From an uncultured Mycoplasmatota bacterium (GTDB lineage: Bacteria; Bacillota_I; Bacilli_A; RF39; UBA660): a stretch of 56,546 nt of DNA. The stretch covers positions 1 to 56,546 of the forward strand of contig CAOKBR010000002.1 in NCBI GenBank assembly GCA_948466735.1, read 5' to 3'. This document shows, piece after piece, positions 38,890 to 48,017 of the stretch (within the stretch, counting starts at the first letter, position 1; every line of letters begins with the position of its first letter). Under the pieces are notes generated by a model. The model saw only the letters and a list, made by a program, of their open reading frames with translations, had not been told where the DNA came from and ran no database searches. A program made the position numbers and the translations under genes.

Positions 38890-39591
38890 TCATTTATCAA
38901 ATGTTTTTAGTGGTTTTGGAAAAATTTTTGCTGTTTTTTGTCGTTTTTTGATGCAAATTAAAGTCCTATCACTACATTCAATAGGTAATAAAAACTCTTT
39001 AATATCCTTTACTTCAGCTTGCATTTCCGTTAATAAAGGTTCGATTTGATTTATTTCCTCATGATTCTTTTTTCCCTTCATTGCAATAAAAACCCCTGTA
39101 TCTACTTTAATTAAAGGAAGAGAAAAATTCATCAATTTATTTAATGACGTAACAGCTCGAGCAGTAACAATATCAAATTCTTCACGATGAACTTTAGCAT
39201 AGTCCTCAGCTCTTGTATGTATTGCAATAATATTTTCTAATTTCAACTTTTCAATAATTGTATTTAGGTAATCTACACGTTTTCGTAAACAATCTAAAAG
39301 CGTAATTTTTAAATTAGGAAAAACAATTTTTAATACTATTCCAGGAAAACCTGCTCCTGTTCCAATATCACACAATGTTAAATTTTTATTCAAATCAATA
39401 CCTTTACTTAAGGTTAAACTGTCATAAAAATGTTTTAAGTAAAAATCTTCCTCTTTTATAATTGTTGTTAGATTAATCTTTTGATTCCATTCTATTACAA
39501 GATGATAAAATTCATTCAATTGTTTTTGCTGAATGGTGCTTAATGTTATACCTAATTGATTTACATAATCAACAAATTCTTTATTTGTCAT
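38890..39591 (-). CDS. rsmG: 16S rRNA (guanine527-N7)-methyltransferase RsmG
   Basis: DIGTGAGFPGI SAM motif, 233 aa, downstream of mnmG. Confidence 0.95.
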   Translation of the reverse strand: MTNKEFVDYVNQLGITLSTIQQKQLNEFYHLVIEWNQKINLTTIIKEEDFYLKHFYDSLTLSKGIDLNKNLTLCDIGTGAGFPGIVLKIVFPNLKITLLDCLRKRVDYLNTIIEKLKLENIIAIHTRAEDYAKVHREEFDIVTARAVTSLNKLMNFSLPLIKVDTGVFIAMKGKKNHEEINQIEPLLTEMQAEVKDIKEFLLPIECSDRTLICIKKRQKTAKIFPKPLKTFDK

Positions 39592-41452
39592 GAGAGCAAC
39601 CCCTTTTTTTTAAATAAATATTCAAAATGGTAATATCAGCAGGATTTACTCCACTTATTCTTGATGCTTGTCCCAACGTAGCTGGGTGAATTTCGTTTAA
39701 CTTTTGTCGTGCTTCACTAGCAATATTAGGAACCATATCATAATCTAGGTCAATTGGAATTTTCACTTTTTCTAAATGAAGCATTTTTTCAGCTTCACGG
39801 AGAGCTTTTTTGATATATCCTTCATATTTTGATTCAATTTCAACTTGTTGCCTTACTTCTTCTTCATATGAAGAAAGGTCAATAAAATGAGATAGTTGCA
39901 TCATTGTTACTTCTGGTCTTTTCACCAATTCGTATAATGTAATACTTTCCTTTAACGCAGTTGTTCCTATTGATTGTAAGTAATCATTGGTACTTAAAGT
40001 TGGAGTAATTTTTGTCTTTTTCAAAAGGGAAATCAAAGCAGTAATAGATTCTTTCTTTTTTAAAAAATTTTGATAAATATTTAATGAAACTAATCCTATT
40101 TGATATCCATATTCTCTTAATCTTAAATCAGCGTTATCATTTCGTAAGAGAAGACGATATTCTGCTCTTGATGTTAACAAACGATATGGATCTTTTATGC
40201 CCTTCGTTACCAAATCATCAATTAAAACGCCAATATAGGCTTCATTTCTTTTTAAAATTAAAGGTTCTTTTCCTTGTAATTTCAAACTAGCATTAATTCC
40301 AGCAATTAACCCTTGACACGCTGCTTCTTCATAACCACTACTACCGTTAATTTGCCCTGCTGTATAAAGATTTTCAATTAACTTTGTCTCTAATGATTGT
40401 TTTAACTGTCTCGGGTCAATTGCATCATATTCAATGGCATAAGCATATTTTTTTATCACTGCATTTTCTAAACCAGGTAAACTATGAACCATCTGTTCTT
40501 GTACTTCGTATGGCATACTAGTTGAAAATCCTTGCAAATACATATCATCATAATAAATACTTTCTGGTTCTAAAAATAATTGATGACGCTCTTTATCTGA
40601 AAAACGAACAATTTTATCTTCAATAGAAGGGCAATATCTAGGACCCACTCCTTCAACATATCCACCATACATACTAGATTGTTCCAAATTATTTTTGATA
40701 ATTTCATGTGTTTTTTCAGTAGTATAAATTAAATGACACGGAATTTGATTATCTTTATCGTAATAATAATGCTTGTCAAAAGAAAATGCATAATATTGAT
40801 TATCACCAGTTTCTAATTTTGTTTTATTAAAATCTATACTATTTTTAGCAATTCTAGGTGGTGTTCCCGTTTTTAATCTTAATAACTTAAATCCTAAATT
40901 TCTTAAGGAATCACTTAAATAATTAGAGGCTTTTTCTCCATGAGGACCGTTGGAATGCTTATTAGAACCTACCAATATCATTGCTTTTAAATAAGTTCCT
41001 GTAGTTAATATTACCACTTGTGATTTTATCTCTATTCCATCTTCTAATTTTACTCCAATAATTCTGTTTTCTTTTGTTAATAATTCCCCCACTAAATTTT
41101 CTTTAATTTCTAAATTTTCTTGATTTTTCAATGTTTTTAACATTTCTCTTGGATAAACTACTTTATCCGCTTGTGCTCTTAATGCTTGAACCGCAGAACC
41201 TTTTTTCGTATTTAGCATCTTTAATTGTAATAAACTTTTATCTGTGGTTTTTGCCATTTCACCACCTAAAGCATCAATTTCACGAACAACAATTCCTTTC
41301 GCTGGCCCTCCAATAGAAGGATTACATGGCATATCAGCAATATTACTAATATTCCCTGTGATTAATAATGTTTTTTGTCCCATTCTAGCACAAGCTAACG
41401 CAGCTTCACATCCTGCATGACCTCCACCTACTACAATAATATTATATTCCAT
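39581..41452 (-). CDS. mnmG: tRNA uridine 5-carboxymethylaminomethyl modification enzyme MnmG (GidA)
   Basis: VVGGGHAGCEAA FAD motif, 623 aa. Confidence 0.97.
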   Translation of the reverse strand: MEYNIIVVGGGHAGCEAALACARMGQKTLLITGNISNIADMPCNPSIGGPAKGIVVREIDALGGEMAKTTDKSLLQLKMLNTKKGSAVQALRAQADKVVYPREMLKTLKNQENLEIKENLVGELLTKENRIIGVKLEDGIEIKSQVVILTTGTYLKAMILVGSNKHSNGPHGEKASNYLSDSLRNLGFKLLRLKTGTPPRIAKNSIDFNKTKLETGDNQYYAFSFDKHYYYDKDNQIPCHLIYTTEKTHEIIKNNLEQSSMYGGYVEGVGPRYCPSIEDKIVRFSDKERHQLFLEPESIYYDDMYLQGFSTSMPYEVQEQMVHSLPGLENAVIKKYAYAIEYDAIDPRQLKQSLETKLIENLYTAGQINGSSGYEEAACQGLIAGINASLKLQGKEPLILKRNEAYIGVLIDDLVTKGIKDPYRLLTSRAEYRLLLRNDNADLRLREYGYQIGLVSLNIYQNFLKKKESITALISLLKKTKITPTLSTNDYLQSIGTTALKESITLYELVKRPEVTMMQLSHFIDLSSYEEEVRQQVEIESKYEGYIKKALREAEKMLHLEKVKIPIDLDYDMVPNIASEARQKLNEIHPATLGQASRISGVNPADITILNIYLKKRGCSHDK

Positions 41453-41488
41453 CTTTCTTCACTTCCCATTTTATTTCTCAAAAAGATT

Positions 41489-42847
41489 TTATTTTCCCAA
41501 ACAAAATTGACTAAATAATTTATCAATTAACTCATCTGTGTAAACATCACCAGTAATTTCTCCTAATGTGTCCCAAACCTTCTTAATTTCTAATTCTACA
41601 ATATCCAAAGGAATATCATTACTTAATGCTGTTTCTACATCATTCAAAGCATCAAAAGCACTTTTCGCCAACGATAATTGACGAGCATTAGAAAAATAAT
41701 TATAATCTTTTCCTATAATTTTATCCACATTAAACATCATTTTTATTTCTTGTTTTAATAAATCTAAACCATTATTTTCTATCGTATTAACAAAAATATA
41801 TTTTCTATTATCTAAAAGAGATAAATCCAATTGCAAAGGTAAATCGGTCTTATTAATAACAATAATAGAATTTTTTCCTTTTGTTAAATTCAATATATCT
41901 TTATCATCTTCTTCTAAGTTTTTGGTTCCATCTAAAACACATAATATTAAATCAGCTGGAGAAATTAATGATTTTGCTTTATTTACTCCAATATTTTCTA
42001 CTATATCTTCCGTTTTTCTTATTCCAGCTGTATCTAAAATATTCAATTGAATACCATCAATTTGCATTTTTCCTTCTACAACATCTCTTGTCGTTCCTGC
42101 AATATCTGTTACTATCGCCTTTTCTTCTTGTAAAAGTTTATTTAAAATACTACTTTTTCCTACATTTGGTCTACCAATAATCAAGACATCTATCCCATCT
42201 TTTATCATTTTAACATTTTTAGATTGTTGAATTAACTCGATTAATTTATTTTTTATTTCATTTACAGATTCTAGTACTTGATTTTTGGTTACCACTTCAA
42301 TATCTTCATACTCTGGATAATCTATATTTACTTGAATAGCTACTAATAAATTAGAAATTTTATCTCTCAAGGTACGAATAAAAGCAAATAATTCACCATT
42401 TAGTTGCTGCATAGCACCTTTTAGTGCTAACTCATTCTTTCCATTAATGATATCTATAATTGCTTCCGCTTGTGTTAAATCAATTCGACCATTTAAAAAC
42501 GCTCTCTTACTAAACTCACCTGGTTCTGCTAGGCGAACACCAACGTTAAATACGCATTCCAACACTTTTTGAGTCGCTGCTATTCCTCCATGACAATTAA
42601 TTTCCACTACATCTTCACAAGTAAAAGTTTTTGGAGCTTTCATTACACTTACTAATACTTCATCTACATCATTTCCTTGATCATCAATAATATGACCATA
42701 ATGTATAGTATGTGATAAAACACTATTTAAATTTTTTCCACGGAAAATTTGATTTACTTTTTCAACAGCTTCATTCCCACTTACTCGAATAATAGATATG
42801 GCCCCTACTCCTAAGGCAGTAGAAATTGCCACTATTGTATCATTCAT
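41489..42847 (-). CDS. mnmE: tRNA modification GTPase MnmE (TrmE)
   Basis: DTIVAISTA..., G-domain GRPNVGKSS and DTAGIR, and a C-terminal FCLGK. Start set at the ATG at 42847 (MNDTIVAIST). Confidence 0.96.
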   Translation of the reverse strand: MNDTIVAISTALGVGAISIIRVSGNEAVEKVNQIFRGKNLNSVLSHTIHYGHIIDDQGNDVDEVLVSVMKAPKTFTCEDVVEINCHGGIAATQKVLECVFNVGVRLAEPGEFSKRAFLNGRIDLTQAEAIIDIINGKNELALKGAMQQLNGELFAFIRTLRDKISNLLVAIQVNIDYPEYEDIEVVTKNQVLESVNEIKNKLIELIQQSKNVKMIKDGIDVLIIGRPNVGKSSILNKLLQEEKAIVTDIAGTTRDVVEGKMQIDGIQLNILDTAGIRKTEDIVENIGVNKAKSLISPADLILCVLDGTKNLEEDDKDILNLTKGKNSIIVINKTDLPLQLDLSLLDNRKYIFVNTIENNGLDLLKQEIKMMFNVDKIIGKDYNYFSNARQLSLAKSAFDALNDVETALSNDIPLDIVELEIKKVWDTLGEITGDVYTDELIDKLFSQFCLGK

Positions 42848-42883
42848 AGATGAATCACTCCTTTTTCTCATGATTATACCACT

Positions 42884-42907
42884 AAATTATTTCCCGGGAA
42901 ATAATTT
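42884..42907. promoter_or_regulatory. Noc-binding-site (NBS) consensus inside a 24-bp perfect palindrome
   Basis: AAATTATTTCCCGGGAAATAATTT. The core TATTTCCCGGGAAATA equals the published B. subtilis NBS consensus. It is intergenic between the jag stop and the mnmE start. Confidence 0.7.
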
Positions 42908-42926
42908 TTTACAAATTTAAAAAAGT

Positions 42927-43537
42927 TCATTTCGAACTTTTATACTTTATAACAATATAACGATTGGGTTCTTCCCCTTCACTTACTGTATATATATTAG
43001 AATATTCACTTGCTAAATGATGAACAATTTTTCTCTCATAAGAATTCATACTTGTTAGTTTTACATCAATTTTAGACTTTTGAACTTCGCCTGCAATATT
43101 TTTTACAAGTTTTTCTAACTCTTTTGCTCTTTTTTTCTGATAATTATTGATATCGATTTTAACTTCAATAAATTCTTTTGTAATTTTGTAAACATACTGA
43201 TTAATAATCCAATTAAGCGCTTGCAAATTTTTACCATGCTTTCCAATCAACAAAGAATCATTGGAAGACAAAATTTCTATATTGATTGTACTTTCAGTAT
43301 ATTGAACTTTAATCTCACTCATTATATTCATGAAATCAATAATTCTTTTAACATATTCTAATACATGTTTAACTAACGACTCTTTTTTTATTACTGTATA
43401 TTCATATTTTTTACCAAATAATGATTTTTTTTCTTTCGGATCTACAAATAATAATTTATCTTCTAGTAAAGAAAATTTATTTTCGGCTTTTTTTTTACTT
43501 CATCGATATCTTTTCCAACAATTACATACTTATCCAT
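42927..43537 (-). pseudogene. jag: Jag/KhpB (Jag_N-KH-R3H RNA-binding protein) disrupted by a frameshift in an A9 run
   Basis: The track ORF 42927..43331 holds only KH+R3H (GKHGKNLQAL..., SYERKIVH). The ATG at 43537 (overlapping the yidC stop) opens MDKYVIVGKDIDEVKKK, then hits a stop. The same reading, shifted by one base after the A9 run (T9 on the plus strand, 43488-43496), continues AENKFSLLEDKLLFVDPKEKKSLFGKK... in frame with the KH-R3H ORF. Total is 611 nt; 612 would give a normal 203-aa Jag. Confidence 0.8.
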
Positions 43538-44465
43538 GAATTAATTCCGTTCTTTTTCTTTTTACTAATAAATTTTGTGCGACAGTAAATAAATTTGTAG
43601 TAATCCAATAAATATCTAAGGCCGCTGGCATAAATAATGACATTAATACTATCATTCCACACATAATATATGGCATATACTTCATAGACGGATCAGAAGT
43701 TGCTGCAGTAGTATTTAATTTGAATGAAAAATAAGTAGTAACAGTAATTAAAATCATTAAAATAATATACATCCATCCATTCTGTTTGAAAAAACCTACC
43801 CACGGAGTAGTTCCTAATTGTAATAAGGCAAAATGTTCTTCAAAAATAGCAGGTACACGATTTACAGCTTCCAAAAAAGCAATAAATAATGGTAATTGCA
43901 GGAAACCATAAACACAACCTGAAAATGGATTAATACTAAACTTTTTATATACCATCATTAATTCTTGACTTTTTTTCATCAATGAATCTTGATCATTTTT
44001 TCCTTCATATTTTTTTTCTATTCTATTAATTTCTGGTTGGGCGTTTTTTAATAATTCAGATTGCATCGCTGTTTTTCTAGTAATCGGATATGCAATTAAT
44101 CGAATAATTAAACTCACAATAATTAATGATAACCCGTAACTTTTAACAAAATTTCCTAAAGTCAAAATACAAAAGGCTAACGGCTTTACAAAAATTGTAG
44201 TCCATAGTCCATCATATTTACCTGAATTGATTTTAAATTCTGTACAATCTGGTAAACTATCTATATCCACACCGTTTTTTTTATATGTTTCTATTGTTTG
44301 AGAATCAGTAGGCTTACATAAAATATTTTCTGTTAAGCTTTGTCCTGTTTCTGGATTTTTAACAGGTTTTTTATCTCCATCTTTTAATACTTGTGTACAA
44401 CCTGTTGTTAATAACATACATATTAAAATCAAAAAAATTTTCCATTTTTTATTTTTTTTTGGCAT
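43530..44465 (-). CDS. yidC: Membrane protein insertase YidC/SpoIIIJ (lipoprotein type)
   Basis: Lipobox LLTTGC, and a 60-kDa-IMP core (YGLSLIIVSLIIRLIAYPIT, PFSGC..LQLPLFIA). Confidence 0.93.
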   Translation of the reverse strand: MPKKNKKWKIFLILICMLLTTGCTQVLKDGDKKPVKNPETGQSLTENILCKPTDSQTIETYKKNGVDIDSLPDCTEFKINSGKYDGLWTTIFVKPLAFCILTLGNFVKSYGLSLIIVSLIIRLIAYPITRKTAMQSELLKNAQPEINRIEKKYEGKNDQDSLMKKSQELMMVYKKFSINPFSGCVYGFLQLPLFIAFLEAVNRVPAIFEEHFALLQLGTTPWVGFFKQNGWMYIILMILITVTTYFSFKLNTTAATSDPSMKYMPYIMCGMIVLMSLFMPAALDIYWITTNLFTVAQNLLVKRKRTELIHG

Positions 44466-44805
44466 CTTTTTGCTCCTTTTTACTAATGGTATTTAAAAGA
44501 CTAACTAAGGTGTTTTCTTTTGTTTTAAAATCACACACTAATATGTCCTTTCTTACAATTATAATATAATCTCTTGAAATATGATATAATTTTTTATTTT
44601 TATCTATAATATTTCTCACTTGGCGTTTTAGTTTATTTCTAGTTACAGCGTTTCCAATTTTCTTTCCGACTGATATGCCATAACGACTAAAACCAATTTC
44701 GTTATCCATAAAATAGATAATAAAATATTGATTTTTTTCATATCTTCTATGTTCAATTATAGTATTAAAATCTCGATTATTCTTTACTATATTCGTCTTT
44801 TTCAT
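44449..44805 (-). CDS. rnpA: Ribonuclease P protein component
   Basis: 118 aa, basic, with GISVGKKIGNAVTRNKLKRQVR (RNR motif). Confidence 0.93.
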   Translation of the reverse strand: MKKTNIVKNNRDFNTIIEHRRYEKNQYFIIYFMDNEIGFSRYGISVGKKIGNAVTRNKLKRQVRNIIDKNKKLYHISRDYIIIVRKDILVCDFKTKENTLVSLLNTISKKEQKDAKKK

Positions 44806-44823
44806 GTAACCACCTTAACTAAC

Positions 44824-44849
44824 AAAAAACCACTGTAACAATTCAGTGG
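44824..44849 (-). terminator. Hairpin plus U-run between rpmH and rnpA (terminator/attenuator)
   Basis: Minus strand reads CCACUG-aauuguua-CAGUGG followed by UUUUUUG. Confidence 0.5.
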
Positions 44850-44851
44850 AA

Positions 44852-44974
44852 TTATTTTACTAATTCTTTGCGACCTTTTTGACGACGTTTATTAATAATA
44901 TTCGTTTTCATACGGGCAAAAAATCCGTGTTTCTTCGCTCTTTTACGATTATTTGGTTGATACGTTCTTTTCAT
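44852..44974 (-). CDS. rpmH: 50S ribosomal protein L34 (short, 40 aa; not in the ORF track)
   Basis: Own translation: [51 protein letters not shown] upstream. About 4 residues shorter than the B. subtilis L34 I recall (the KNGR stretch is missing). Confidence 0.9.
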   Translation of the reverse strand: MKRTYQPNNRKRAKKHGFFARMKTNIINKRRQKGRKELVK

Positions 44975-45050
44975 ATTTCCACCTCCAAATAGAAATCTAC
45001 CCCATTATACCTGATAAATGATTGAAAAGTCAATTGTTTTTGATAAAAAG

Positions 45051-45278
45051 TTTTCCACAGATTTTTCCACAACGTTTTCCACAGATATTTTTTTTTCACA
45101 GGGTTTTCCACAGGCTTCTTTTTCAATATAAAGCTTATTTTACAACGAATTCAAAAGTTTTCCACAACCTGTGGAAAAGAGTTATCCACATGTGGAAAGA
45201 GTTTTTTTAATTTTCTGTGGAAAACTCATTTTTTCTATATGATTAAAGAGTTTTACCTGTGGAAAACCCTGTGGAAAA
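45051..45278. other. oriC part I: cluster of about 12 DnaA boxes between rpmH and dnaA
   Basis: TTTTCCACA on the plus strand at 45051, 45063, 45075, 45104 and 45158. Perfect TTATCCACA at 45182. Degenerate TTTTTCACA at 45092. Inverted TGTGGAAAA/G at 45170, 45191, 45216, 45258 and 45270. Includes head-to-head pairs TTTTCCACAaccTGTGGAAAA and TTATCCACATGTGGAAAG. Confidence 0.9.
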
Positions 45279-45376
45279 CTTTTTAAAAATTTTTTTACTT
45301 TTTGCTCTTTCTTTTTAATACAAAGTAGGCTACAATAATAGTACTTTTTGATATTTTCGTGAAGGGAAGTGGTAAT

Positions 45377-46741
45377 ATGGATGTAGATAAAATATGGAAA
45401 CAAGCTTTAGAAATAATAAAAAAAGAAATTACTTCCCTCTCATACGATACTTGGTTTAAAGATACGAAATTAAAAGCAATTCGGCAAGGAAAAGCAACGA
45501 TATTAGTCCCAATGATGGTTCATCAAAAGCATTTATATGATAACTATGAAACTTTAATCATTACTACATTAAAAAATATTACTAATGACACTTATGAACT
45601 TACTTATTTACTGGAAGATGAAGTAATAGAAGAGAAACCTACTGAAAATAAAGACCCAACAGTAGAAATTAAAGAAACAATTACGCTAGAAGAAAAAAAC
45701 AATATTAACAAAAATTATACGTTTGACAATTTTATCGTGGGAAACAGTAATAAATTTGCACATGCTGCTGCTTTATCAGTAGCCGAAAATCCAGGAAAAA
45801 TGTACAATCCATTATTTATATATGGAAATAGTGGACTAGGAAAAACACATTTAATGCATGCCATTGGAAATTATATTATTGAAAACACCGATAAAAAAGT
45901 TTTATATGTTACAAGTGATCAATTCATACAAGACTTTATTAGTCTTAATAAAAAAGATACTAGTGGTAGTAATCTTAATTATATAGATTATTTTAAAAAT
46001 AAGTATCGAAATGTGGACGTCCTCATTATTGATGATATTCAATTTTTAGGCGGTGCGACACAAACACAACAAGAATTTTTCCACACCTTTAACACATTAT
46101 ATAGTGATAGTAAGCAAATTATCATTTCATCCGATCGTTCTCCAGATGATCTAAGACTTTTAGAGGAACGACTAAGAACAAGATTTTGTTGGGGATTAAC
46201 CGTGGACATTTTTCCACCAGATTTTAGCTTGCGAATTGCTATTTTAAAAAAGAAAATATCCGCAGGAAATATTGAAAAAGAAATTCCTGATGATGTTATT
46301 GAATACATTGCATCTAATATGGCAAGTGATGTCCGACAACTAGAAGGCTCAATCACTAGATTAATTGCGTATTCCACAATTATGGGAGGTAGCGAAATTA
46401 CTTTAGATTTAGCCATTGAAGCACTTACTGATTATATTAATAAAGGAGTTAGCGAAAAAGATGATGTTAGAAAAATTCAAAAAACTGTTGCCGAATACTT
46501 TCAAATTTCGCTAGAAGATATTAGGTCGAAAAAACGAAGTTCTGCAATTTCCTTTCCTAGACAAATTGCCATGTACCTGTGTAGAAAGTTAATTAATGAG
46601 TCATATCCTAAAATAGGAACAGAATTTGGTGGTAAAGATCATTCTACTATAATGTACTCTTGTGAAAAAATAGAAAAAGAAATAAAAAACAATAAAAATT
46701 TACAAAAAATTATTGAAAAAATCGAGGCCGATTTAAAATAG
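45377..46741 (+). CDS. dnaA: Chromosomal replication initiator DnaA
   Basis: AAA+ motifs GNSGLGKTHL and LIIDDIQF, and the domain IV DNA-binding region (FGGKDHSTIMYSCEKI). Start taken at the ATG at 45377 (MDVDKIWKQALE); the ORF track starts at the GTG at 45359. Confidence 0.97.
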   Translation: MDVDKIWKQALEIIKKEITSLSYDTWFKDTKLKAIRQGKATILVPMMVHQKHLYDNYETLIITTLKNITNDTYELTYLLEDEVIEEKPTENKDPTVEIKETITLEEKNNINKNYTFDNFIVGNSNKFAHAAALSVAENPGKMYNPLFIYGNSGLGKTHLMHAIGNYIIENTDKKVLYVTSDQFIQDFISLNKKDTSGSNLNYIDYFKNKYRNVDVLIIDDIQFLGGATQTQQEFFHTFNTLYSDSKQIIISSDRSPDDLRLLEERLRTRFCWGLTVDIFPPDFSLRIAILKKKISAGNIEKEIPDDVIEYIASNMASDVRQLEGSITRLIAYSTIMGGSEITLDLAIEALTDYINKGVSEKDDVRKIQKTVAEYFQISLEDIRSKKRSSAISFPRQIAMYLCRKLINESYPKIGTEFGGKDHSTIMYSCEKIEKEIKNNKNLQKIIEKIEADLK

Positions 46742-46742
46742 T

Positions 46743-46874
46743 TGTGGAAAACTCAAAAGTTTTCCACAGGTTTTCCACAGGTTCTAATGAATATTTTACC
46801 TATATTCTATAAGGTTTTAAAAAGTTTTCCACAGTTTTCCACAGTAATAATAATAATAATATATATAATAATAA
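46743..46874. other. oriC part II: 5 DnaA boxes plus (TAA)n DnaA-trio-like/AT-rich unwinding element between dnaA and dnaN
   Basis: TGTGGAAAA at 46743. TTTTCCACA at 46760, 46771, 46825 and 46835. These are followed directly by TAATAATAATAATAATATATATAATAATAA (46845-46874), which is 100% A/T with in-phase TAA triplets. Confidence 0.8.
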
Positions 46875-46892
46875 AAGAAAGAAGGATTTTTT

Positions 46893-48017
46893 ATGAAAAT
46901 AACAATTAAAAAAGAAATTTTACAAGAAGCTTTAAATAAAGTATCTAAAGCAATTTCCACAAAAAATTTAATTCCCGTATTATCAGGAATAAAATTTGAA
47001 TTAAGTAATGATACATTAACTTTAACAGCATCAGATAATGATATTACTATTCAAACATCTATTACTAAAAATGAAAATAACATGATAATAGAAAGAGAAG
47101 GAAATATAATTATACAAGGAAAATATATTTTAGATATTGTTAGAAAATTACAAGATGAATATATTAATATTGAAGTAGTAGATGAATTAAAAATATTAAT
47201 TTACACAGAAAATAGTGAATTTAATTTAAATGGGATTAATGAAAAAGAATATCCTAACATCACACTAGAAGATAGTAAAAATCCAATTAGTGTTAATGTA
47301 AAAATCTTTAAAGATATTGTTAATCAAACATGTTTTGCCGCATCTACTGATGAATCAAAACCAGTATTAACAGGAATTAACTTTAAAATTTTAGGAAATA
47401 CTTTAGAATGCAATTCTACAGATTCATACCGCTTAGCTAGAAAGGTAATTACTTTAAATCAAACAGGAGAAGAAACATATAATGTAATTATTCCTAGTAA
47501 AAACTTAGTAGAATTTTCTAGAATTTTAGATGAGCATGCAGAAATGGTGGAGTTACATATTTTTAACAATAAAATTCTATTCAAATATGACAATTTATTA
47601 TTTCAATCAAGGCTAATTAATGGAAGTTATCCAAATACTAGTAATTTAATGCCAGAAGATAATTTTTTAACTATTACAGCAGATTTAGAACGTTTATACA
47701 ATGTAATTGATCGAGCAAGCATTTTAACTAGTGATAAAGATAAAAATATTGTTACATTAGAAACAGTCAATAACACATTAATTTTACGTTCATCATCTGC
47801 AGAGATAGGAAGAGTTGAAGAAAAAATGGAAATTCAAAAAAATAATGATGAAGAAATTAAAATTTCATTTAGTGCTCGATATATGATGGATGCTTTAAAA
47901 TCTTTTAATTCATCAACAGTAGAATTACACTTTGTAGGAGATGTAAAACCAATTATTTTAAAAAGTACTATTGATGATACTTTAACACAGTTAGTTTTAC
48001 CAATTAGAACTTATTAA
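46893..48017 (+). CDS. dnaN: DNA polymerase III beta sliding clamp
   Basis: 374 aa with a typical three-domain beta clamp pattern (MKITIKKE.., LTGINFK.., TDSYRLA, LPIRTY end). Confidence 0.96.
   Translation: MKITIKKEILQEALNKVSKAISTKNLIPVLSGIKFELSNDTLTLTASDNDITIQTSITKNENNMIIEREGNIIIQGKYILDIVRKLQDEYINIEVVDELKILIYTENSEFNLNGINEKEYPNITLEDSKNPISVNVKIFKDIVNQTCFAASTDESKPVLTGINFKILGNTLECNSTDSYRLARKVITLNQTGEETYNVIIPSKNLVEFSRILDEHAEMVELHIFNNKILFKYDNLLFQSRLINGSYPNTSNLMPEDNFLTITADLERLYNVIDRASILTSDKDKNIVTLETVNNTLILRSSSAEIGRVEEKMEIQKNNDEEIKISFSARYMMDALKSFNSSTVELHFVGDVKPIILKSTIDDTLTQLVLPIRTY

Noticed and set aside
45022-45403. Two track ORFs (45022..45210 + and 45182..45403 -) with repeated FPQ/FPQGFPQ peptides.
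   Set aside because: They lie entirely within the DnaA-box cluster. The peptide repeats are simply TTTTCCACA/TGTGGAAAA translated. There is no RBS, and the region is the rpmH-dnaA intergenic origin.
46039-46416. 125-aa ORF antisense inside dnaA. Related cases are 17593..17925 antisense in prfA (Ser-rich), 49885..50166 and 51488..51670 antisense in gyrB, and 53543..53809 and 53999..54211 antisense in gyrA.
   Set aside because: These are shadow ORFs opposite highly conserved genes, with no independent evidence.
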